64,000 bases of DNA from Clostridium sp. CAG:221 (lineage in GTDB: Bacteria > Bacillota > Clostridia > Clostridiales > Clostridiaceae). This document shows positions 60,195-64,000 of this stretch, piece by piece (the stretch's first letter is position 1; the number at the start of each line of letters is the position of its first letter). The stretch lies in assembly GCF_000435835.1 (NCBI RefSeq), contig NZ_FR883429.1; one strand, written 5' to 3'. The notes under the pieces are model-generated. The model had not been told where the DNA came from. It saw nothing but the letters and a program-made list of their open reading frames with translations, and did not search any database. A program made the position numbers and the translations under genes.

Positions 60195-62971
60195 ATATCG
60201 ATAGGTAAGACTTTGATACTATCTCCATCTTTTCCCCCGATTCACACCGTGCATGAGAGTTTCCCGCTCACACGGCGTTCCATCAAAATTAAGTTATTAT
60301 TTTATAGAAAATATAGTTTTACCAATTTATAGCTTTGTTTCCGCTCTTAGTTCTCAGCGTGTTTAGTTTTGCAAGTTTCTTTTTATCCAGACTAAGTTTT
60401 CCTAATAACTTCGCTATAACTTCTTCATCAACTACATGTATCAGAGTATGTACCTCTCTTTCAACTATAACAAGGTTATTATACTCATCCGTTCCTCCCA
60501 TTTTTCTTGGAATTTTATGATGACAGTGCATGTTGTAAAAATCTAATACATTTCCTGTTACAGCACATTTACCTTGTTGTCCTACATATAATGAAATACG
60601 GTTATCATTGTATTCAATACTCCTGTTTTCAATAGGATTGTTAAGCATGTATTGTATTGCTGTCTGACTCACTGATATATTTTTGTATATCAGTTCCCTT
60701 CCTTCAGGCGTATACTTGTTAACTTTCTTTTTCTTATACATTGGATTTTTATGTTTGCAGTATCCAATAGGCGCTATAGCAACTTCATTTATATACCTTA
60801 GCTGTTTACTGGCTCCATATATTTTCTCAATATATCCTTGCTTTGTTCTGCCAGTTTGTTCAATTCTTCTTTCTAATTTGCGAGATTTACATTTGTGTTG
60901 AATTTCATACGATATTTTTGAAACATCTTCTGAAATCATAGTTACCAGTTGAAAATATTGATGTATACCAATAACTTTCGCATTATATATACTGATTGCT
61001 CTGCCAGTATTGGCTGAACCTTCTGTATCTTTGATAACATCCATGGCTTTTTTTAGCTCTTTCCTTGTTCTATCATAGGCTTTGTCACACATATGAGATT
61101 TAACTTTCCATTTGTCGCCTTTTTGATACACTTTCATTTTAAATCCCAAAAATTCAGAGTATTCTTTTCTTAGATTCGTGATTTTTGACTTATCCTCACT
61201 TATTTCCAAGTTCAATCTCTTTTTTAGGAAATCTTTTGTTGCAAAGAATATTTTCCTTGCGTCCTCATAGTTTAAGCAAAAGATTTTGAAATCATCGGCG
61301 TATCTAATGATATAACATGGTTTGAGTGTACTCCACTGTAACATTCTGTATTTACTCGATAGGTTAGTGCCTTTACCATCTGATCTTGGTTTTTCTACAA
61401 AATTTCTCGCAGGGAACCTCTCCCATTGGCTCGCCACCCACCAGTCCAATTCATTCAAAACCACATTTGCTAATAATGGTGAAAGAATTCCTCCTTGTGG
61501 TATACCTTTCTCACTTTTTACAATACTCTTGTCTGGCATAACAACTTCGGCTTTTAGCATTTTTGATATCATAGCTATTACTCTTTTATCTCTAATACCA
61601 ATTGTCCATAGTTGCTTTAACAATTTTCCATGATTAACGTTATCAAAGAACCCTTTGATGTCTACATCTACTACATAATGCAATTTATACATCTGCATCA
61701 TTTTGTAGCTTTGTGCAATGGCGTTTTCTACAGACCTATTTGGCCTGAATCCATTACTTCTCTCAAAGAATTTCGCTTCACATATTGGTTCTAAAACCTG
61801 TAGGAAACACTGTTGAATAATCCTGTCCCATATTGTTGGGATACCCAGAGGTCTCATCTCCCCATTTACTTTTGGTATTTCAACTCTTCTTACGCGTTTA
61901 GGATGATAATTTCTCATCTTAGATTTCACTATTCTTAGAAATTCATCCTCGCAAATAGAGTTGATATGATTAATCGTTAAATTATCTATACCAGGAGTCC
62001 TATCACCACTATTCTTCCTCATATTCCTATAAGCAAGCTTGATATTTTCCTCCATTTGTATTATTTCTAGAAGGTTCGTGAACTTTTGGTTCTTCAAACT
62101 TTTGGCATATAAATCATCAAATACATACGTCATATCGTAGTATTCCGTATTTCGAATTTTTGTTACTTTTAACACTTTATTGGTTATAGTCATCACCTCC
62201 AAAGATTAACTATACTTTGGATTTGATTCTCTTATTCACATTAGAACCTATTATTAACTATATTACTTAAACAATTTCCAAATATTGACTGATACCCGTC
62301 CCTCCGCAGCTTATTATCACTGTTTCACTGGTACCATGGCATCACTTTCATTTGATTAAACGAATTTACTAAATCAACTTTAGTGAAATACTAAAGAATC
62401 TTATTTATATTTCGACCGCTTCTTTGATTAGCTAAAATCTCCACGTACCAAACTTCCGACGTTCCGTTTGAGTTATCCATTCTATCTGCCCTTAGATGCT
62501 CTCTATGGTCCTGAACACTGGACGGTGCCTTTAACACCGTAAGGTATTTCATAACGTCAGATTTTTACTTTACCTCATGTTCACTCCTCTTGGAGCCCCT
62601 TATGTTTCCATAAGGTCTACGTATAGTCCCGTACATTCGAGAGTTCGTCAGTAGGCCTTACCCCACCATTCTCATCATAGACAGTTTATAGGACGACCGG
62701 CATATCATATTCCATATACTTTCATAACCTTTTTGGGCAGGTGGACTCTGACCGCTTTTAACCAACCTTACTTTAGTCACTTCTATACTTAGGAATACTT
62801 CTGCCGACTTCACCGAGCTTCTTACGATTTTTATTTAGCTTTCAAACCGCAAGTCGGAGTATCATCGAAAATGTTTCAAGGCGTTACCCAATCATTCCAT
62901 TTCTCACTCAAACAGTTCTCTACAGATTTACGTCTGCATGCCTAACCTTTTCAGTTAGGAACGTCTCGCAC
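60195..62971 (-). mobile_element. Group II intron (2,777 nt; IIB-like, probably bacterial class B) inserted in recJ
   Basis: 5' GUGCG; 3' ..AU; domain V ACGCCGUGUGAGCGGGAAACUCUCAUGCACGGUGU (60278-60244); D6 with bulged A at -8 (60202); removal restores the recJ frame. Confidence 0.95.
60319..62202 (-). CDS. ltrA: Intron-encoded reverse transcriptase/maturase with HNH endonuclease
   Basis: TPGID, RPLGIPTIWDR, GFRP, DIKGFFD, PQGGILSPLL, YADD, FLG; C-terminal HHKIP..GG..NL..H; exact start uncertain. Confidence 0.95.
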   Translation of the reverse strand: MEVMTITNKVLKVTKIRNTEYYDMTYVFDDLYAKSLKNQKFTNLLEIIQMEENIKLAYRNMRKNSGDRTPGIDNLTINHINSICEDEFLRIVKSKMRNYHPKRVRRVEIPKVNGEMRPLGIPTIWDRIIQQCFLQVLEPICEAKFFERSNGFRPNRSVENAIAQSYKMMQMYKLHYVVDVDIKGFFDNVNHGKLLKQLWTIGIRDKRVIAMISKMLKAEVVMPDKSIVKSEKGIPQGGILSPLLANVVLNELDWWVASQWERFPARNFVEKPRSDGKGTNLSSKYRMLQWSTLKPCYIIRYADDFKIFCLNYEDARKIFFATKDFLKKRLNLEISEDKSKITNLRKEYSEFLGFKMKVYQKGDKWKVKSHMCDKAYDRTRKELKKAMDVIKDTEGSANTGRAISIYNAKVIGIHQYFQLVTMISEDVSKISYEIQHKCKSRKLERRIEQTGRTKQGYIEKIYGASKQLRYINEVAIAPIGYCKHKNPMYKKKKVNKYTPEGRELIYKNISVSQTAIQYMLNNPIENRSIEYNDNRISLYVGQQGKCAVTGNVLDFYNMHCHHKIPRKMGGTDEYNNLVIVEREVHTLIHVVDEEVIAKLLGKLSLDKKKLAKLNTLRTKSGNKAINW

Positions 62972-63230
62972 CTACATCATAATCTCCTACTATAAGTACT
63001 TTCTTATTGTTTTCTATACTCTCTTTCATTAAAGCTACTGCTTTAGATAAATCCTTCATACTCTTTCCATCATGAAAATTATCTATAGTTGAATTTAAAA
63101 AAGCCTTTGCTTCATTTAATTCATATATACCTCTATTAACCATAAGCTTTGCCACAACGGGGCTAACTCCTAATGCTTTTGCAAAGCCTACAGTATTAAA
63201 TTTTACATTTCTAATGGTCCACTTTTCCAT
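62972..63230 (-). CDS. recJ: RecJ ssDNA exonuclease, 5' exon (86 codons + 1 nt)
   Basis: MEKW..VAKLMVNRG..MKDLSKAV..KVLIVGDYDV. Confidence 0.93.
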
Positions 63231-63270
63231 ATTTTCTCCTCACTAAATAAAATGCACGCATTTTATAAAT

Positions 63271-63342
63271 TATGAATGATGAGTGATGAATTTTGGAATA
63301 AACTCTCTGAGTCTCATCCTTAATTCATCATCTAAGTCATCA
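63271..63342. repeat. Imperfect AT-rich palindromic element between the DJ-1 gene and recJ
   Basis: tgatgaattttgga / tccttaattcatca arms; shares tgaatgat with the 16.4 kb element. Confidence 0.45.
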
Positions 63343-63879
63343 TTAATTAAAAAGCATTGCTTTTTTTATTTCTTCTACTTTCTCTGGTGCTATTTGTTTT
63401 AATATTTCAAAAGCAAAAGGTATGGCAGCAGCTGGTCCTCTTCCTGTAATTATATTGCCATCAACAACCACTAACTCCTCTTGATAATTACAATTACCTA
63501 ATTGATCTTCAAATCCTGGATAACATGTTACATTTTTACCTTCACTTAAACCTGCTTTACCTAAAGATATTGGTCCTGCACAAATAGCCGCAATCTTCTT
63601 ATTGTTACTGTTAAATTCTTTTAATAAATTAATAACTCTTTCGTCATCTCTTAAATTTACTGATCCTGGCATTCCACCTGGTAATACTACCATATCATAT
63701 TCTTTAATTTCTTCATTGAAAACTTTATCTGCCTTTAATGTTATATGATGAGATGTTGTTACTTCTTGATTTTTTGTAGCAAATGTATGACATTCTACAC
63801 CTGCTCTTCTTAATATATCTACTGTTGTTAATGCTTCTATAGTTTCAAAGCCTTCTGCTAATAATACAGCTACCTTCAT
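63343..63879 (-). CDS. DJ-1/PfpI (ThiJ/YajL) family protein
   Basis: GFETIE, LPGG.PG, AAICAGP, ITGRGP. Confidence 0.92.
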   Translation of the reverse strand: MKVAVLLAEGFETIEALTTVDILRRAGVECHTFATKNQEVTTSHHITLKADKVFNEEIKEYDMVVLPGGMPGSVNLRDDERVINLLKEFNSNNKKIAAICAGPISLGKAGLSEGKNVTCYPGFEDQLGNCNYQEELVVVDGNIITGRGPAAAIPFAFEILKQIAPEKVEEIKKAMLFN

Positions 63880-63946
63880 ATCTATCTCTCCTTATTAAAT
63901 TATATTTCTATGTTATATTTTATCACTAAATCCTTATTTTTATATA

Positions 63947-63981
63947 AAAAAATGAGGTATATAATTTATACCTCATTTTTT
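63947..63981. terminator. Intrinsic terminator of an upstream gene outside the window
   Basis: aaaaaatgaggtata / tatacctcatttttt. Confidence 0.75.
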
Positions 63982-64000
63982 CATTTTTAATTTTTCATTC

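Noticed and set aside
9145..61633. Numerous plus-strand ORFs of 60-175 aa and short alternative-frame ORFs in the track (e.g. 20984-21511, 19315-19713, 26718-27131, 22772-22963)
   Set aside because: They overlap well-supported genes, lack recognisable motifs, and have the composition of antisense shadow frames.
51198..62202. Diversity-generating retroelement (RT plus Avd-like gene)
   Set aside because: The RT lies inside a full group II ribozyme and has maturase/HNH domains; the Avd-like gene is ~9 kb away; I saw no TR/VR repeat pair.
62203..62971. Assignment of the intron's EBS1/EBS2 sequences
   Set aside because: No unambiguous 6-nt complement to the exon end found by eye; needs a proper domain I fold.
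62955..63230. Independent 91-aa gene plus a separate 514-aa recJ, or a recJ pseudogene
   Set aside because: Both are exons; exact intron removal restores the frame and the catalytic motif.
1..64000. CRISPR arrays, tRNA/rRNA genes, IS elements, prophage
   Set aside because: No regularly spaced repeats, RNA-gene signatures, transposase or phage genes seen; nearly all sequence is accounted for by the listed CDSs.

Overview
Low-GC Clostridium-type chromosomal window. Positions ~1.9-47.7 kb hold one near-complete flagellar/chemotaxis supercluster, all on the minus strand. It comprises a che-fliM-fliY operon, the flgM-to-fliD late genes, three flagellins plus a FliB lysine methylase, and a flgB-to-flgG early operon with a FliR-FlhB fusion and a Na+-type-looking stator. 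Housekeeping genes flank it (CBS-type ppaC, aminotransferase, nifJ/PFOR, flavodoxin, murG, SASP, NlpC/P60, DJ-1). Main observations: (1) An apparently intact 2,777-nt group II intron (RT/maturase/HNH) sits inside the codon for a metal-binding Asp of recJ. Only precise splicing rebuilds the GDYDVDG motif and a 589-aa RecJ. (2) The motility 'tuning' genes look selectively removed while the structural genes are intact: cheB is absent, a 20-codon ORF occupies the usual PilZ-brake position, and fapA is frameshifted and apparently internally deleted. (3) An AAA-ATPase/PD-(D/E)XK gene sits between fliY and flgM. (4) Several regulatory signals are readable: sigma-28 promoters, a CsrA hairpin, 0A boxes and a structured GGA-rich flgE leader. 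All calls come from reading motifs and gene order by eye; no database searches were run.
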